Positions 61,966-64,000 of a stretch of 64,000 nucleotides of DNA are shown one piece after another (position 1 is the stretch's first letter; every line of letters begins with the position of its first letter). The notes under the pieces were generated by a model. That model saw only the letters and a program-made list of their open reading frames with translations. It was not told where the DNA came from and did not search any database. Origin of the DNA: an uncultured bacterium (GTDB lineage: Bacteria; UBP7; UBA6624); NCBI GenBank assembly GCA_964012435.1, contig CAXGSM010000001.1, positions 27,979 through 91,978 on the forward strand, read 5' to 3'. The position numbers were made by a program, and so were the translations under genes.

Positions 61966-62716
61966 AATTTTTAATCTCGCTAAATTTTATCAATTTTATT
62001 GATTGATTTTCTTTAAAAAACATTTTTAATTTTTCGTTTACAAGTGTGGATAATTCAATTTCCCTTTGCCATGAATACTGACAACCTTCTATAACTTTTT
62101 TATTTATCGATCCAGGCCTACATGGCATGTCTGTGATGCCGTTTTTTAAATTTTTTAAAATTTTTAGAAAACCTGGGAGTGTAATGGACGGCTCTTCATA
62201 GAAGTCTTCAGAAAAATGATCAGCTGTTTTAATGTTTTTTGCCTTTGCTGCATCTTTCTGCCAGCGAAAAAGAGTCCTAATTGGAATTTTTTCTAATTCT
62301 GCAATCTCTAAAGCAATTTTGAAAATTTTTGGATTATTTTCCATTTCATCTGAACAACAAATCCACCTGGGCTCAAATGACTCTTTGGCTTTTTTTACTT
62401 GAGTGTGAAATTCTCTTTCAACTTCTTTTGTTTTGGCATTCAGCATCAAATCTCTTCCACTTTTTAAAAAATTACCTTGATTGTCAACAAGTGAGTTGAT
62501 CCCATTTTTTGAAATTGGTTTTCCTTTTGTTGCATTTAGCTGAATGCCTAATTCAGTTTTTGTTCTTCGCAAGGCTTTTAAGAATTTTGATTTTTTAGTT
62601 GTGTTTACTATTGCTACGTTTTTGAGAACCCCTTCCCTGCAAGCTCTTGTTATACCTTTGTCAACAGCTTCAAACAATCCAAAATCATTTGCTGCAAGGA
62701 TTAACTTTTTACTCAT
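61958..62716 (-). CDS. YdjC/ChbG family carbohydrate deacetylase-like protein
   Basis: The N-terminus LILAANDFGLFEAVDKGI matches the family pattern li.nADDfGls..vn.GI. The length is 252 aa. Confidence 0.55.
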   Translation of the reverse strand: MSKKLILAANDFGLFEAVDKGITRACREGVLKNVAIVNTTKKSKFLKALRRTKTELGIQLNATKGKPISKNGINSLVDNQGNFLKSGRDLMLNAKTKEVEREFHTQVKKAKESFEPRWICCSDEMENNPKIFKIALEIAELEKIPIRTLFRWQKDAAKAKNIKTADHFSEDFYEEPSITLPGFLKILKNLKNGITDMPCRPGSINKKVIEGCQYSWQREIELSTLVNEKLKMFFKENQSIKLIKFSEIKNYE

Positions 62717-63926
62717 TAACTGTTTGGATGTTTTTGTTCCACCATTCCTCTGGAAATTTCCATATTATTCCAGATTTAGAAAATTGAATAATTGATTCAT
62801 TTGGATAAAAAATAATATCAAGTTCAAGATTGTTTTTGCTGCATTTAACCTCTAAAGATTCTTCCTTTGTTAAGCTTGTTACATTAGCTGGTTTTGCATC
62901 TTTTGGCCAAGCTCCAGAAAGTATTTCAACCCATTCTTTCCGACTTTCTGAAGAGATTGATTTTTTATTTTTTGTAAAATCACATTCTTCTGAATTTTCT
63001 ATTTCTAGAAAAACTTCTCTATAGATACTTTCGTTTGTTTTTAAAATTAAATCAGGCTTCCAATTTTTTTCCATATAGAAGCCACCAAAGGATTCACCCC
63101 AAGACGCCCAATAGCCTTCATAAGGGTTTAGCATTATCTCAAGAGGTTTTTCTTCATCGTATTTTTGTATTGATATCTTGACAGCGGGATCACTCAAAAA
63201 ATCTCTGTAGTTAAGCTTTTCCCCCTCTGTCGTGCCTATTGTTTCGATAATTTGTTGAATTTTCTTTGTTGAAACAGGAAGATCTGCACTTAAATCCTGC
63301 CATTGATTGCCTTCTGTTCTTTTCAGGTCCCATAAAACTATTTTTTCAAAATCATTAAAACCTGGAATGTTTAGATGTTTCGTGTTTACATGAGCAGAAA
63401 TGCTTTTTACTTCATCAGGTTTTATTTTTGTTAGCCTTTTATCGACCCATGATTCAACCTCACCGACAAAAGACTGGTAAAAAGAAAAATCGATAAGATG
63501 GATTTTTTCATCGTTTAAAAATCTTAAATATGCTTTTTCAGACAACGCTGGAGACCCTATGTAAAAAATTGATTCTCTATAATTGGATCTGATCGTGATT
63601 TTCATTGCATTTGAGCTTAATCCATACTCCTCATAACTTTCAATTGCCTCAAAGGAGTCGAGTGCTTTTATTTTTTTGAGTGAGTTAAGCGCTGTGTTTA
63701 GTTTTATTTTTTCAGGGCTGTACCCATTAGGGAAATTCAAGACCCATTTATCTGTATAGTTCATCAAGTGAACTTCTAAATCGTCTGATTGTTTTTCTAT
63801 CAGTAGCTCCTGATGCTTTAAATTGCTTATCCACTTGAAGGTGTTTGGTTTAGGCTTCATTAACTGAATTCCAACATAAGCAAGTATTGAAAATGTTAAA
63901 AATATTAAAAATTTATTATTTTTCAT
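62709..63926 (-). CDS. Hypothetical membrane-anchored protein (DUF4340-like layout)
   Basis: An N-terminal TM helix is followed by a large soluble domain. It follows a gene whose C-terminus is a TM helix plus a basic tail, as in GldG/DUF4340 pairs. I recognise no motif. Confidence 0.4.
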   Translation of the reverse strand: MKNNKFLIFLTFSILAYVGIQLMKPKPNTFKWISNLKHQELLIEKQSDDLEVHLMNYTDKWVLNFPNGYSPEKIKLNTALNSLKKIKALDSFEAIESYEEYGLSSNAMKITIRSNYRESIFYIGSPALSEKAYLRFLNDEKIHLIDFSFYQSFVGEVESWVDKRLTKIKPDEVKSISAHVNTKHLNIPGFNDFEKIVLWDLKRTEGNQWQDLSADLPVSTKKIQQIIETIGTTEGEKLNYRDFLSDPAVKISIQKYDEEKPLEIMLNPYEGYWASWGESFGGFYMEKNWKPDLILKTNESIYREVFLEIENSEECDFTKNKKSISSESRKEWVEILSGAWPKDAKPANVTSLTKEESLEVKCSKNNLELDIIFYPNESIIQFSKSGIIWKFPEEWWNKNIQTVNE

Positions 63927-64000
63927 TTTGATTTTCTTTTTATCTGAGTCACTATCACTTGTGATAAAACAGCAAGGATTAAACCGAGGTAAAGCATCAC
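63923..64000 (-). CDS. 3' end of an upstream gene whose start lies beyond the right edge of the window. It encodes a C-terminal TM helix plus a basic tail.
   Basis: The minus-strand frame reads ...VMLYLGLILAVLSQVIVTQIKRKSK*. Its TGA overlaps the ATG of the next gene (ATGA). Confidence 0.4.
   Translation of the reverse strand: MMLYLGLILAVLSQVIVTQIKRKSK

Overview
This is an AT-rich, very gene-dense bacterial chromosomal segment. The style suggests a streamlined, probably uncultured marine bacterium, but the taxon cannot be assigned from sequence alone. I recognise about 70 protein-coding genes and one tmRNA (ssrA, 48405..48733). I found no rRNA, tRNA, CRISPR array, transposase, integrase or reverse transcriptase. 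Most genes are housekeeping: hutH-like lyase, trxB, sdhCDAB, AddAB-like helicase-nuclease, nagZ, uvsE, methylmalonyl-CoA mutase catalytic subunit, thiS-thiG-thiE, proS, folP, purM, smpB, rph, argS, ddl and map. They sit in long co-directional chains whose stop and start codons overlap or abut, for example 14 genes in 4038..14575 with no intergenic space. Six regions stand out. (1) A tricorn-like protease (15882..19991) carries an insertion of about 290 aa, made of two DUF4399-like modules and a perfect 4 x 27-nt tandem repeat encoding a His-rich tract. (2) The region just 3' of the tmRNA (48.7-52.6 kb) holds six small polytopic membrane proteins of unknown function around rph, followed by an overlapping HTH/PIN-like pair and the longest non-coding stretch in the window. 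(3) A translationally coupled set on the minus strand (58411..54694) encodes an ABC ATPase, an ABC-2 permease/CPBP(Abi) protease fusion, a pseudo-receiver, a degenerate Smr and an orphan Vsr endonuclease. (4) An NHL-repeat protein, a 42-codon membrane micro-ORF and a divergent LarA-like protein appear to be coupled. (5) Three direct repeats phased at exactly 30 bp abut the start codon of a winged-helix regulator. (6) The histidine ammonia-lyase homologue has Ala-Cys-Gly where the MIO-forming Ala-Ser-Gly is expected. All functional calls rest on motifs I recognised by eye. No database search was possible, so every novelty claim needs homology and structure searches.
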